From: Candidatus Babeliales bacterium
GTDB taxonomy: Bacteria > Babelota > Babeliae > Babelales > JANWKD01
Direction of reading: 5' to 3'
Assembly (NCBI GenBank): GCA_963762115.1
Contig: CAVXJH010000003.1
Location: forward strand, 256,001 to 320,000
DNA: 64,000 nucleotides
Program-made: the position numbers and the translations under genes
The notes under the pieces: model-generated
The model's database searches: none
Told to the model about the DNA's origin: nothing
The model's input: only the letters and a program-made list of their open reading frames with translations
Shown: piece after piece, positions 9,957 through 20,784 of the stretch
How positions within the stretch are numbered: the stretch's first letter is position 1
Layout of the letters: every line of letters begins with the position of its first letter

Positions 9957-11928
9957 AAGGAAGGTTTTCTTCTTGTTTGTTATGAAGTGACTCTATAAAA
10001 TGTAGTGTAGCATTTCTGTATAAAGAAGCAACAAAGCCGCGTTCAATAAAGGATTGTTGCTCATCATAAAGCTCTTGTAAGAGGGCTGCTTTTTGCGCTT
10101 CAAATTCTTCATTATTAAATGGTTCAATGGCATTAAGCTTAATAAGATAACCAGTATTATGCTCATCAAAAGCAATTCCCAAAGAACCTTCTTTTTCCAA
10201 AGAAAGCATCTCTTGAACAGGAATTCCTTCTTTATGAAGTTCCTTTAATGCTTCATTATCACCCTTTTTTAAAGGACCATAAGCAGTAATAGTTGCCCCA
10301 AATTGTTTTTTTAGAAGGTCAAAAGGTTGTTCTTTTGCCACTAATTTAGCAGCCTCAAGAGCTTCTTGTTGCATTGCTTGCGCTTTGCGCACGAAAAAGT
10401 CATTTTTAACCTTATTTTCAACCTGAGCTAGTTCTGGTTTATGTGATTTTTCGATTTGATTTAGGTTAACGGCATATCCTTTATTATCATTAACAAAGAA
10501 TGCCCAATCACCAACTCTAAGCTTAAACAGCTTTTCAAGAATGGGAGAATTATCATTTTCTTGAAGGTCAATAGATTTTGATACTGCTTTTTTATCAAGT
10601 GCAAATGCTCGCAAAAGGTCAGCTGCCGTTGCCCGATTCATAAATCTGCTCATGTCATCTGAAAAGAGAGTTTTGAATCTTTGTCTCTTGAGTTCTGCAA
10701 TAATTTCAGGTTCAACCAAGGCAAATGGCTTATAAGCAGCTGGTTTTCTGGCAACACGTTGTAGTATTTCAAATCCTTCATTAGTTGCTAAAATATCTGA
10801 AATATCACCGTCTTTTTGTAAACGGAAAGCGCCGCGCTCAAATTCAGGATCTTTATCGCCTTTTTTGAAGAAATCAATAAGGCCGCCTTTGTTTGCCGAT
10901 GCTTTATCATCTGAATATTGTTTAGCTAAGCGATCAAAATCAGAAGGAGAATTGGCAAGTTCTTTTTTGATTTCTTGTGCACGGCTTTCAGCAGCTTTTA
11001 CTGCATCAGTATCAGCATTATCATTAACCTTAATTAAAATTCTTTTAACTTGTAACTGTAAGGGAGTCGCTACGTATTTTTTTGCTTTTTGATTATGGTA
11101 ATATCCTTCTGCTTCTGCCGTTGAAATAGCAATATTATAAGCTTCGGGTGAAAACTCCCACAGCACACCGGATCTTTTTTCATGAATCCAATATTTTTTA
11201 TGTTGTTTTTCAAAAAGAGAAGAAATTTCTTCTGCTGTTGGGTTTATTTCTTTTGCTTTGGCTAAGTAAGCCTTGAAGGGAAATTGTGCAATGAGGAAAG
11301 ATTTACCCAAATGTGCGGCACTATAATAATCCTTTATTTCTTGTGGAGAAACATAAGCTGATGCTGAAACCATTGAAAGAACCATTGAACGCTTTAATTT
11401 ATTTTCAATGTTTTTTTCAAAATCAGTAATAGTGAGTCGGTAATGTTGTAAATATTGATTGAGGCGGGTGGGATTGATCATCCCTTGCACTTCATCTAAG
11501 AGGTAGGGAGGGACAATATCGCCTAATTCTTTTTGTACGAGTGATGAGTTTTGTAAAATCTGTAGAATATAATCAGGAGCAATGCGTAGAGATAATGCAT
11601 CGGCTGTTTGATTAAGCAATTCTTCTTGAATAAGTGCTTGTAGTGCAACGGCCTTAGGATCATTTAAGCCTAATGATTGCAAGAGTCCTTCAGCCTGTGC
11701 GCCAAACTGCTCCCTGAAAAACTGTAGTCGTTCAGTTTCTTGAGCTACTTTACGCTCAAAGGGCAATATCTCAATAGGATGACTATTTACGGTTGCTATA
11801 GCAGCACGTCCACCGGTTTGCCGTCTAAAGAGTGCTGGAGAGAATAAGAGTGCCATAGCGATTAAAGTAACCCACAAGACAATCTTGAATCCCTGGCCTT
11901 TTAATTGATTGCGAATTTCTATAATCAT
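9949..11928 (-). CDS. PpiD/SurA-like membrane-anchored parvulin PPIase
   Basis: N-terminal TM, SurA-like N domain, parvulin motif [17 protein letters not shown]. Confidence 0.85.
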   Translation of the reverse strand: MIIEIRNQLKGQGFKIVLWVTLIAMALLFSPALFRRQTGGRAAIATVNSHPIEILPFERKVAQETERLQFFREQFGAQAEGLLQSLGLNDPKAVALQALIQEELLNQTADALSLRIAPDYILQILQNSSLVQKELGDIVPPYLLDEVQGMINPTRLNQYLQHYRLTITDFEKNIENKLKRSMVLSMVSASAYVSPQEIKDYYSAAHLGKSFLIAQFPFKAYLAKAKEINPTAEEISSLFEKQHKKYWIHEKRSGVLWEFSPEAYNIAISTAEAEGYYHNQKAKKYVATPLQLQVKRILIKVNDNADTDAVKAAESRAQEIKKELANSPSDFDRLAKQYSDDKASANKGGLIDFFKKGDKDPEFERGAFRLQKDGDISDILATNEGFEILQRVARKPAAYKPFALVEPEIIAELKRQRFKTLFSDDMSRFMNRATAADLLRAFALDKKAVSKSIDLQENDNSPILEKLFKLRVGDWAFFVNDNKGYAVNLNQIEKSHKPELAQVENKVKNDFFVRKAQAMQQEALEAAKLVAKEQPFDLLKKQFGATITAYGPLKKGDNEALKELHKEGIPVQEMLSLEKEGSLGIAFDEHNTGYLIKLNAIEPFNNEEFEAQKAALLQELYDEQQSFIERGFVASLYRNATLHFIESLHNKQEENLPYE

Positions 11929-12557
11929 GAATTACCTTTCTTTTCTGCATTCACCGATGATCGCATCGAAACAACTTGTACATCTTTTATTTTTTCAATT
12001 TTTTTTATGGTATCAACCAAGGCAATAAGTTCATTATTATCTGCGTAGAGAGATGTTACTGCTTGATACCAGTGTATCATCTTACCTTGCGCAGTTCTAC
12101 TTGTACGCTGCACTACTTGAATCTTAATACCCTTTTTTTGTAATCGTTCAGCAAATTGATTAACAGCCTTTTTTGTCCCGCCAAAAAGATACGCTTGATA
12201 GAGATTCGCATCAGTAGGTGCCGGAGTAGTCTCAACAACAGTCAAAACCTCTTCTTGGGAAGTAGGCTCAGATGTAACATTCTCTACCTTGTCAGATTCA
12301 ACCGGGCTATCATTATAGGTCGAAGGATTATAAGCAGTCTTCATCGCATATGATAATTGATCGGCAAAGGCGGTACGTTCAGTTTGCAAGATTATTTCTT
12401 CTGCGCTGGTACGTTTGCCCAAAAAGTATCCTGCTGTAAAGAGAAAGAATGAGCATAATAACAAACAAGCAACAATACGGCTAGCAGAATTTCTATCGAT
12501 AATTAATGTTGCTGGATCATTGCACTGGCATGATTTTTTTTCATTAGAATGTTTCAA
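11925..12557 (-). CDS. Membrane-anchored SPOR-like cell division protein
   Basis: Single TM (FLFTAGYFLGK), low-complexity linker, C-terminal SPOR-like domain. Confidence 0.6.
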   Translation of the reverse strand: MKHSNEKKSCQCNDPATLIIDRNSASRIVACLLLCSFFLFTAGYFLGKRTSAEEIILQTERTAFADQLSYAMKTAYNPSTYNDSPVESDKVENVTSEPTSQEEVLTVVETTPAPTDANLYQAYLFGGTKKAVNQFAERLQKKGIKIQVVQRTSRTAQGKMIHWYQAVTSLYADNNELIALVDTIKKIEKIKDVQVVSMRSSVNAEKKGNS

Positions 12558-13543
12558 AATGATTCACTCTCTTTATTTAGATTTGTTATGAGAAATGACA
12601 GTTGTTTAATATATAAATCATGATCTAATAATGTCAAGTCGAGCGTAGTAATTTTTGGTAACTTTAATGGTTCCGGCGAAATATATTCATTCAATTTTTC
12701 TGCCAATCCCCGCCAGAATGTTTCTTGTCGCTTAGCATACTTCCGTGTTTTTTGAGCGATTAAGTCGATTAGAAGAGCTTTGTCATGAGAATTAGTGAGT
12801 AAATAATGCACTATGTCATCATACCCAATTATTTTTTTAGCCAGCAAGAAATCCTGCCAAGGTGTCCCCAATAAACTCCTTGTTTCTTCTAACCATCCAG
12901 CATCAATCATAGTAGCAACTCGTTCATTAATACGCGCATAGAGATCATGACGTTCACGTGTACAATACATGAACAAATACGGCGCTATTGGATCGTATGT
13001 TGGTTTTTTCAATGAAGGTTTCACCCCGGTCTCATGCCATATCTGAAGAGCTCTTTGCAGCCTATAGGTATCATGGGGATGAATTGCTTGAGCGCGTTCA
13101 GGATCAATTTCAAAAAGTTGTTGCCATACATCGCCACCCAATAAAAAATCTTTTTCATGCTGAATATGAGACGGTGTACTATATTCTTGTGGCGGGAAAA
13201 AAAGTGATTGTAGATAAAACAAAGAACCACCAACAATCACGGGAATAGTATTTCTCTGCCAACATTGTTCAATCAATGGCAAAACAAGATTCCTATATTG
13301 AATAACGGTTAATGATTGAGGGGTACTAAGAACATCAAAAAGATGGTGAGGGACCTTCTCATGCCGCCAATCAGGCTTTGCCGTACCAATGGTTAATGGT
13401 GTATACAATTGACCAACATCAGCATTGATAATCTCCAAAGGAAAACTATCAGCTAAGCGCAAAACAAAATCTGTTTTGCCAACTCCGGTTGGTCCAGAAA
13501 CAATAATAATAAATTTTTTTTGTGAAGAAAGGATATGTTTCAT
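12554..13543 (-). CDS. miaA: tRNA dimethylallyltransferase
   Basis: SGPTGVGKT, IGTAKP, VGGSLFYL, RLQRAL, TRKYAKRQETF; start taken at MKHIL. Confidence 0.95.
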   Translation of the reverse strand: MKHILSSQKKFIIIVSGPTGVGKTDFVLRLADSFPLEIINADVGQLYTPLTIGTAKPDWRHEKVPHHLFDVLSTPQSLTVIQYRNLVLPLIEQCWQRNTIPVIVGGSLFYLQSLFFPPQEYSTPSHIQHEKDFLLGGDVWQQLFEIDPERAQAIHPHDTYRLQRALQIWHETGVKPSLKKPTYDPIAPYLFMYCTRERHDLYARINERVATMIDAGWLEETRSLLGTPWQDFLLAKKIIGYDDIVHYLLTNSHDKALLIDLIAQKTRKYAKRQETFWRGLAEKLNEYISPEPLKLPKITTLDLTLLDHDLYIKQLSFLITNLNKESESF

Positions 13544-13610
13544 AGTGCTAAAAAACAATGGCGCTCAGAGAAAGAAGAAATCCATCTCTGAGCGTTTTAA
13601 TTCAAACCTA

Positions 13611-14147
13611 TTATAATGATTTATGTCTGCTAGAATGCGATACCTTGTCAATATACCCAAATACTGATCGTAAATGTTCAACTGCTTTTTCTGGCTCAAG
13701 CTTCTTTACAATTGATATTTCTTCAGCGATAAGCGCCTCAGTTTGATTCAAAAGATTTTTTTCGCCAAAAGAAAGTTCTTTTTGTTGTGCTATATGTTTG
13801 AGATCACGATATATTTCAGATATTTTCTGCAAATCTCCCGTCCTTAATTTTAATTGATACTCTTTATTTTTTTTATTCCAATTAGTTGCCGTTAATTCAT
13901 ATGAATTAATCTTTTTTGCCGGCTCCGCCAACATTTTTACAATGTCATTTATTTCATCTTGTGAACTTAATGGTCTAATGCCAATGCTTTCTGTATTTTG
14001 TGTAGGAATAAGAATCGTCATTTCTTTATTCAGAAAGGTAAGCTCATAAAACAGCGTTTGATTGCCAGCGATAATCTTTTCGACAATCTGATTAATTTTT
14101 GCAACACCATGTCCAGGATAAACAACTTTATCATTTAAGCGAAACAT
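13611..14147 (-). CDS. carD: CarD family transcription regulator
   Basis: MFRLNDKVVYPGHGVAKI, GIRPL, NWNKK, LSFGEK; start taken at ATG 14147. Confidence 0.93.
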   Translation of the reverse strand: MFRLNDKVVYPGHGVAKINQIVEKIIAGNQTLFYELTFLNKEMTILIPTQNTESIGIRPLSSQDEINDIVKMLAEPAKKINSYELTATNWNKKNKEYQLKLRTGDLQKISEIYRDLKHIAQQKELSFGEKNLLNQTEALIAEEISIVKKLEPEKAVEHLRSVFGYIDKVSHSSRHKSL

Positions 14148-14904
14148 AGGGAATCCCTCTTTTTTTTTAAGAAAACTCCCGACTACGCTTATAAACAAAA
14201 GCGATTGCCTGTACAGTTTCAAGCATAGCACGAAACTTAATTTTTTGTAAAAGAAACATTATATAAAAAATAGTGGGGAAGAGATTTACAAAGATAATAA
14301 TGTCATCGAAAACAAGGTATTACAAAAAAGCATGCTCAAAAAAATGAATGGCGCCCGTCTTCCCTTTTTAAGGAATGAACAACTTTAGAAGAAAGAAAAA
14401 GTAGTAAAGAGCAAGAGCAATACTATTAGTTTTTCAAATCAAACTAATACATAAAAAATGCTTCAGAAAAAAAGTTTTATACAAGATGAAAAAGAGTTAA
14501 AACGTGCTTAGGTTAGTGTTTATAAATTTAGTAGATGACGTGTATTGGTACATGATTAAAAGTTCCTATTTTAAGGATTTAATACGTTGTTTAATCTATA
14601 TGCGTTACCTACATGCGTGTAGAATCTTTTCTTTTTATTTTTTTTCTAGTAATCCCTCCTCTTACTTGCTTGCTATTCTTTTTTTTCTTTACTTTACTCA
14701 TAACTCATAACTTCTATACTGCGCTTTACCATATGTCACCGCATAGCAAGAACGCTAGGCTTACTCATAATACCTAATATCTATATATCTATCTCATAGT
14801 ACACCCATATACAATCATCCCTTCTCCCTTTTATTACTACTATGCCCTTCTTTACCCTTATACCCTAGCCCCTTATCTCTTTATTCATTATTCATTTGTT
14901 CTTT

Positions 14905-15062
14905 TAAATCGACGCGACATTCAACAAGGCATCTTAGCAACGTAGTCGAGAGGCCGGCAGCCCCATTAAAAACACCTTGGTAAAGCTGCCGGCCTCGAAG
15001 ACGGAGTGCCGCGGCCGCGAAAATTGAGTATTGCAATTGGCAAGGGCGCCCTACCCCGGCCA
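14905..15062. other. GC-rich structured intergenic element (candidate ncRNA or repeat)
   Basis: Perfect 12-bp inverted repeat GAGGCCGGCAGC/GCTGCCGGCCTC with extendable outer stems, in an AT-rich gap. Confidence 0.45.
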
Positions 15063-15200
15063 ACATATTGTTTTTTTCATAAGGTGAAAATTATGCGACA
15101 AAGGGGCAACTCCTACTATGATTAGATAAAAAAATCAAAAAACCTCATAAAATAATGAGTAAAGTTGAGTCACTTACACTAAAGTAATTTGAAAAAATAA

Positions 15201-15229
15201 TTGACATTTTTTAATAGAAATATTATATA
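15201..15229 (+). promoter_or_regulatory. Putative sigma70 promoter of dnaK
   Basis: TTGACA-17 nt-TATATA. Confidence 0.5.
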
Positions 15230-15289
15230 TTTTTAAATAGAAATGCTGTTAAAATCGAAACAACTTTAATATAAAACAAAGGAATTAAT

Positions 15290-17170
15290 ATGGGAAAAAT
15301 AATAGGAATAGATTTAGGAACAACAAACTCTGTTGTAGCATTCATGGAAGGCGGATCACCTAAAGTCATACCAAGCAGTGAAGGGTCAAATATAATTCCT
15401 TCAGTCGTAGCCTTCACCAAAGATGGCAAAAGACTTGTAGGCACATTGGCAAAAAGACAAGCAATAACCAATCCAGAAAACACCATTTATTCAGCAAAAA
15501 GGTTTATTGGCTGTAAATATGATGAAATGGTTAATGAATTTAAAAATATTCCTTACAAAGTAACCAAAAGAAGCAATGGCGATATTGGCATTATTGCACA
15601 AGGCAAAGAATACACTCCTGAAGAAATAGCCGCAGCAGTATTAAGTTTGATCAAACAAACAGCGGAAGATTACTTGGGAGAAAAAGTAACAGAAGCAGTC
15701 ATCACCGTGCCAGCTTATTTTAATGACTCTCAAAGACAAGCAACAAAAGATGCAGGAAGAATTGCCGGCTTGGATGTAAAACGAATCATCAATGAACCAA
15801 CAGCAGCAGCACTTGCTTATGGTGATGACAAGAAAAAAAATGGTACCGTTGCCGTATTTGACTTTGGTGGCGGAACTTTTGATATTTCTGTCCTTGAAAT
15901 TCATGATGGCGTTATCGAAGTTAAATCAACCAATGGCGACACACACTTAGGTGGTGACGATATTGACCAACGTCTTATTTCTTACCTTGTTGAAGAGTTC
16001 AAAAAAGAGCAAGGCATTGATTTACGCAATGATAAGCTTTCATTACAAAGACTCAAAGAAGCTGCCGAAAAAGCTAAAATTGAACTATCAACAGTAGGTG
16101 AAACTGAAATAAATCTACCATATATAACTGCTGATGCATCAGGACCTAAACATCTTAATGTTAAAATTACACGAGCAAAATTAGAATCACTGTGTTCAGA
16201 TTTATTCACAAGACTTCTTGAACCATGCAAAAAAGCAATCGCTGATGCAAAAATATCACGCGATGCTATTGATGAAGTAATTTTGGTAGGTGGATCAACA
16301 CGTATGCCAAAAGTACAACAACTCGTTAAAGAATTTTTTGGCAAAGAACCAAACAGATCAGTCAATCCAGATGAAGTAGTTGCCGTTGGCGCAGCAATTC
16401 AAGGTGGCGTTCTAGCAGGAGAAGTAACTAATCTATTATTGCTTGATGTAACACCATTATCTCTTGGCATTGAAACAATGGGTGGTATAGCAACAAAATT
16501 AATTGAACGCAATACAACCATTCCAACCAAAAAATCACAGGTATTCTCAACAGCAGAAGCTAACCAAACAGCTGTTGACATTCGCGTGGTACAAGGCGAA
16601 CGAGAATTAGCAAAAGATAACAAGTTCCTTGGACAATTCAGACTAGAAGGAATTCCTGCAGCTCCACGTGGCATTCCTCAAATCGAAGTAACCTTTGATA
16701 TTGATGCAAATGGTATTGTTAATGTCTCGGCTAAAGATAAAGGAACCAATAAAGAGCAAAAAATAACCATCACCAGCAGCAGCGGACTCAGCAAAGAAGA
16801 AATCGATAAAATGGTTAATGATGCTAAAGCACATGAAGCTGAAGACAAAAAAACTCGTGAAGCTATAGATAAAAGAAATCGTCTTGATGGTTTAATTTTA
16901 GATATCGAAAAAACACTCGCAGAAAACAAAGAAAAATTAAGCGAAGAAGATATCAAAACAACAGAAGATGCTTTGGTAAAAGCACGTACAGCATTAGCTG
17001 AACATGCTCAAGATCCTGAAGCGCTACAAAAAGCAACAGATGAACTCATCCAAGCTTCACATAAAGTTGCAGAATTATTATATAAGCAAGCACAAGAAAC
17101 AACACAAGGCAACACTGAGGAAAATGCTCCAGAACAAGAGCAAGGTCCAATTGACACAGACATAAGTTAA
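15290..17170 (+). CDS. dnaK: Chaperone DnaK
   Basis: [37 protein letters not shown]. Confidence 0.99.
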   Translation: MGKIIGIDLGTTNSVVAFMEGGSPKVIPSSEGSNIIPSVVAFTKDGKRLVGTLAKRQAITNPENTIYSAKRFIGCKYDEMVNEFKNIPYKVTKRSNGDIGIIAQGKEYTPEEIAAAVLSLIKQTAEDYLGEKVTEAVITVPAYFNDSQRQATKDAGRIAGLDVKRIINEPTAAALAYGDDKKKNGTVAVFDFGGGTFDISVLEIHDGVIEVKSTNGDTHLGGDDIDQRLISYLVEEFKKEQGIDLRNDKLSLQRLKEAAEKAKIELSTVGETEINLPYITADASGPKHLNVKITRAKLESLCSDLFTRLLEPCKKAIADAKISRDAIDEVILVGGSTRMPKVQQLVKEFFGKEPNRSVNPDEVVAVGAAIQGGVLAGEVTNLLLLDVTPLSLGIETMGGIATKLIERNTTIPTKKSQVFSTAEANQTAVDIRVVQGERELAKDNKFLGQFRLEGIPAAPRGIPQIEVTFDIDANGIVNVSAKDKGTNKEQKITITSSSGLSKEEIDKMVNDAKAHEAEDKKTREAIDKRNRLDGLILDIEKTLAENKEKLSEEDIKTTEDALVKARTALAEHAQDPEALQKATDELIQASHKVAELLYKQAQETTQGNTEENAPEQEQGPIDTDIS

Positions 17171-17179
17171 TATACGGAC

Positions 17180-17216
17180 AAAAAAATAGGGGCGGACATT
17201 AAAACATCCGCCCCTA
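17180..17216 (-). terminator. Intrinsic terminator between dnaK and the convergent gene
   Basis: TAGGGGCGGA/TCCGCCCCTA stem; T-run on the minus strand. Confidence 0.75.
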
Positions 17217-17232
17217 AAAAAATAACTACTTA

Positions 17233-17732
17233 TTAATTTTCTTCAACTAACTCATAACCCTCTGTTTCTGCTACAAACTGTCTGGCAGCAACATCACGCA
17301 TCATCGCTTGAGTGAGATTCTGTCTTTTTTTTCTCGTTACTGTAACGCCAAGATTACTCGCAAAAGAATTCAAATCCTGCGTCGCCATTTCATGCTTCTC
17401 GCGATTATCATCATCTGGTTTAGCTGAAACATCACTTTGTTCCAACACAAAGTCCCGAAGATCTAGTCGTTGATCAGAGCAAGAAGGAGAATATTGCGCA
17501 GACACATCCAAAGCAATTTCCAATACGGGTTCTGCATAAGATTCAATGCTAGAGCGCAGTTTTCTGGTTCTAGCATTTTGCCTTTTTGGCTTTTTATGAG
17601 CACCAATTCTTGGAATTTCAACCACCTTATTTTTATCCTCATTCAAACGAACTCTTTTTCTTTTTTTTCTTGCATACAATTACTACTTCCTACAAATCCC
17701 AAAAACAAAATAAATATTAGTAATTTATTCAC
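17233..17732 (-). CDS. Secreted basic hypothetical protein with a frameshift in an A8 run
   Basis: GTG at 17732 (AGGGA RBS) gives signal peptide MNKLLIFILFLGFVGSSNC-MQEKK; one extra A at 17661-17668 joins it to the 17233..17679 frame. Confidence 0.6.
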
Positions 17733-17914
17733 CAGTTGTCCCTATATTAAAATATAAAATATAATACCATACGATCACAAAGTGTATGATATTATATAAA
17801 AAAATCAATAACGCAAAAACAATATTAAGACGATTTTTTTGTTTTTTTGCAAAGGGAATTAAATAATAATTCAATACAGTAAGCTTAAATAACAATAAAA
17901 AGCGTTATTTTCTC

Positions 17915-18460
17915 TTAATTTTTTTCATGCTGACGATCACCATAACGCTGAGTCACCGGCATAATAAGCGAATCAACAACGTGAATAACACCATTTTTTG
18001 CAGGAATATCACGACTAATTATTTTTGATTTAGTAATACTCGGCGTTACAAAAAGAGACCCTGATCCATCTTTTTGGATATACACAGGCATCGTTAAAGT
18101 AGGAAATGCTGAAATGCCGCCCAATTGATAAGAAGGAATCCTTCCCAGCATAATATGCATACCGACAAGCTTTCTAACACGATTGATATCTTGAGCAATA
18201 TTATTAAGAGTGTTGGGAGAAATTTTTCTAAAAGCATACCAAACCGGCACAAAAACGGTTACTGGTGACATATCGCGCAAAGTTTTTACCATATCAGCTT
18301 TTTCTAACAATGCATAAAATTCCGGAAAATCGCGCGCAAGAATAGTAACAATATTTTGATTTGATGCACTTTCTGGCATACGCATAATTGCAGCATCAAA
18401 TGCTATCATTGGAAACACCACAAAAAAAACTAGTATATAACGAGCTCTAAAATTTTTCAT
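17915..18460 (-). CDS. Fasciclin (FAS1) domain secreted protein
   Basis: Signal peptide; TVFVP..AF and AKNGVIHVVDSLI motifs. Confidence 0.88.
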   Translation of the reverse strand: MKNFRARYILVFFVVFPMIAFDAAIMRMPESASNQNIVTILARDFPEFYALLEKADMVKTLRDMSPVTVFVPVWYAFRKISPNTLNNIAQDINRVRKLVGMHIMLGRIPSYQLGGISAFPTLTMPVYIQKDGSGSLFVTPSITKSKIISRDIPAKNGVIHVVDSLIMPVTQRYGDRQHEKN

Positions 18461-18571
18461 TGCTTGCCACCCAAAGATTTTACGTAGTATTAAATAATAT
18501 TAATTTAATAATAGAATTTTTGGGTGGCAAAAAGCAATACAATAAAAAACATAAAGATTACTATAATCTTC

Positions 18572-19465
18572 CTAAAGAGTGTAACCCTGCTTCAGTTCTT
18601 CTTGGTAAAAAATATACAAACCAATGAAAACAACGAATAAAGAAAGGAAGAAAGTCCAACTGACCATTTCACCCAAAAACAACCAGCCAAAAAGTGCGGC
18701 AAAAAGAGGAGTGGTAAAGCCAGCAAATGAAAGAAAAGTTGCTGTATAACGCGTCAGCAAGTAACCATAAAAGTTATAGAACAATATATTGGCAACCAGA
18801 ATAATAAGAGCTGTTAAACGAACAAATGGCCAAAATTGCATGATAGGAGAAATTGCCCATCCCTCAACAAAATATGAAGTAATTAAAGCTAAAATACCGC
18901 CACCAACCATGCCAACACCATTAACCATAATGGGGGAATATTCACCATCTTTTACTAACTTACGAAGCATAATCCAACCATACACTGCCGAACCAACAGC
19001 AAAAAGCATCACGACTTCAGGCAAAGAAATTAATGAAGATGCTGTATGAACAGATAAATTTGAAACTATTTCAGGTAAAAAACCACAAAAACCAATACCA
19101 AGCCCTAACCATTTTCTAGAGGTCATCTTCTCTGAAAAATAAAAATAAGAAAAAATTGCTGCGAAAAATGGCGATAAATTATAAAGAAATGACGATTTAA
19201 ATGAAGTCAAATATTGCAGAGACCACAAATCTAACATATAAGCAAAATACACATGAAAAAGAATTATTTGAAAGAATAATAACCTATCTTTTTTATGCAC
19301 AAAAAAAGCACGCCTATCTTTCAAATAGGTATAACCAAGAAGCAATAACCCGGCCACGAACATACGAATGCCCACAAAAAACAATGGTTTTACGTACTCT
19401 AACAATGCCTTACAAATAGTAAAAGTACTCGCACACAAAGCATATAACACAATAATCGAAAACAT
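18572..19465 (-). CDS. EamA/DMT transporter resembling the chlamydial SAM/SAH carrier
   Basis: About 10 TM; LSPFFAAIFSY..SEKMT, LPE, YGW..LRKL, TFLSF..PLFAALFGWLFLGE, YQEELKQGY. DMT is secure; substrate is from recalled similarity. Confidence 0.85.
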   Translation of the reverse strand: MFSIIVLYALCASTFTICKALLEYVKPLFFVGIRMFVAGLLLLGYTYLKDRRAFFVHKKDRLLFFQIILFHVYFAYMLDLWSLQYLTSFKSSFLYNLSPFFAAIFSYFYFSEKMTSRKWLGLGIGFCGFLPEIVSNLSVHTASSLISLPEVVMLFAVGSAVYGWIMLRKLVKDGEYSPIMVNGVGMVGGGILALITSYFVEGWAISPIMQFWPFVRLTALIILVANILFYNFYGYLLTRYTATFLSFAGFTTPLFAALFGWLFLGEMVSWTFFLSLFVVFIGLYIFYQEELKQGYTL

Positions 19466-19503
19466 AGTTACCCTTCTATAAAACTACTTACTTTCTCACT
19501 ATT

Positions 19504-19533
19504 AAAAAAACAGGCAACGCCAAGCATTGCCTG
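19504..19533 (-). terminator. Terminator after the cupin gene
   Basis: CAGGCAA..TTGCCTG stem followed by T7 on the minus strand. Confidence 0.6.
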
Positions 19534-19544
19534 CAACTAATTTC

Positions 19545-19886
19545 CTAATCACCCTTAGATTTTAAACGGGCAGGCTCAAACATAAGAACTAACGATCTTT
19601 CTTCTGCCTTAGGTTTGTGTTGAAGCCCCTTAGGTATAACAGCTCCTTGATTTTCTTTCAAATCAATTGATCCTTTTTCAGTATCAATGGTAATTTTACC
19701 CTTGGCAACTAGAAAAAACTCATCATCTTCATCATGACTATGCCAATGAAAATCGCCCTTAAATGCGGCAGCACGAACGACCCAATCATTAATCCGAGCA
19801 ACTTCAATAGGACTCCAATAGTTTTCACCTATTTTTTCATTAATACTATCAAGATCATAAAATTGTAAAAATTTTTTAATATCCAT
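19545..19886 (-). CDS. Cupin domain protein
   Basis: GDFHWHSH..DDEFF and IPKGLQHKP cupin motifs. Confidence 0.9.
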   Translation of the reverse strand: MDIKKFLQFYDLDSINEKIGENYWSPIEVARINDWVVRAAAFKGDFHWHSHDEDDEFFLVAKGKITIDTEKGSIDLKENQGAVIPKGLQHKPKAEERSLVLMFEPARLKSKGD

Positions 19887-19909
19887 AAAATCCTTTCAAA
19901 AATAACAGT

Positions 19910-20680
19910 TTATAACGTAACAAATATTTCTTTTCCAGCGGAAACTTTCAAATAATCTCGCGCAGAACCCTGATTAACCGCAATCTCAAGCGTGTTATTA
20001 CTTCCTTTATAACAAAGCAATTGCCCCTGCTTAACCTTATCAAATGTTATTACAAAGGGTACTTCCAAAGATTTATCATCTATCTTCAAATGTATTAACC
20101 TATCAAACCATGTAGGATCAACTTGTATATTAGTTTTAATGTTGCCAAAACTATCTATGTAAGTAATAATTTTTTGCGTTTCTAAACTATCGCACAACGT
20201 AATATCTTTTTTATCAATCGGCAAAAGAGCATTCGTATTATTTTGTGCCAGTTGAATTGCAATCGGCGTAAAAATATCTCTACCATGAAAGGTATTCGAT
20301 TTTTCCGGGAAACATGCTTCATTAATTTTAAACACTTTTACACCCTCTTGTTTCAAAATATAATGAAACAAGCCATTATTTGGCCCAATAAACGTATATG
20401 ATCCAAGTTTTACTACCAAACCATTCCGTTCGGTGCCAACGCCCGGATCAACAACCGTAATAAAATAACTATTTTCAGGAAAATAGGCATAGACCTTTTC
20501 GAGCACAAATGCCCCACTGACAATACAAAATTTTTCTATGGAATGATCAATATCAATAACCGAACAATGAGGAATTTCACGCAATAAGGTAGCCTTTATG
20601 GAGGCAACCGCAAAATCAAGCCCAAAATCCGTTAATAAACCAAAAGTAATATTTGTATTTTTTGAAGATAACAAATTCAT
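19910..20680 (-). CDS. SAM hydroxide adenosyltransferase (SAM-dependent chlorinase/fluorinase family)
   Basis: LLTDFG, VVDPGVGTER, GPNNG, TFHGRDIF, IDSFGN, LEIAVNQGSA. Confidence 0.93.
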   Translation of the reverse strand: MNLLSSKNTNITFGLLTDFGLDFAVASIKATLLREIPHCSVIDIDHSIEKFCIVSGAFVLEKVYAYFPENSYFITVVDPGVGTERNGLVVKLGSYTFIGPNNGLFHYILKQEGVKVFKINEACFPEKSNTFHGRDIFTPIAIQLAQNNTNALLPIDKKDITLCDSLETQKIITYIDSFGNIKTNIQVDPTWFDRLIHLKIDDKSLEVPFVITFDKVKQGQLLCYKGSNNTLEIAVNQGSARDYLKVSAGKEIFVTL

Positions 20681-20717
20681 AGTCAATCTCTCTCATTAAA
20701 AAATGAAATCAAATTAC

Positions 20718-20748
20718 AACAAAAGCACATCCCAAAAGGGATTCGCTT
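20718..20748 (-). terminator. Candidate attenuator hairpin between the Met-rich leader and SAM hydrolase
   Basis: Minus strand AAGCGAATCCC-TTTT-GGGATGTGCTT followed by T-rich tail. Confidence 0.5.
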
Positions 20749-20784
20749 ATAAAAAAATAATTGTGGAAAAGAAGATATATGGCC

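Noticed and set aside
14504..15066. ORFs 14504..14710 and 14881..15066 as genes
   Set aside because: No convincing RBS or family motif; better explained as low-complexity DNA and the GC-rich hairpin
15100..15289. CIRCE/HrcA operator before dnaK
   Set aside because: No TTAGCACTC-N9-GAGTGCTAA; only a short AT-rich direct repeat (TTTTTAATAGAAAT-like) of doubtful significance
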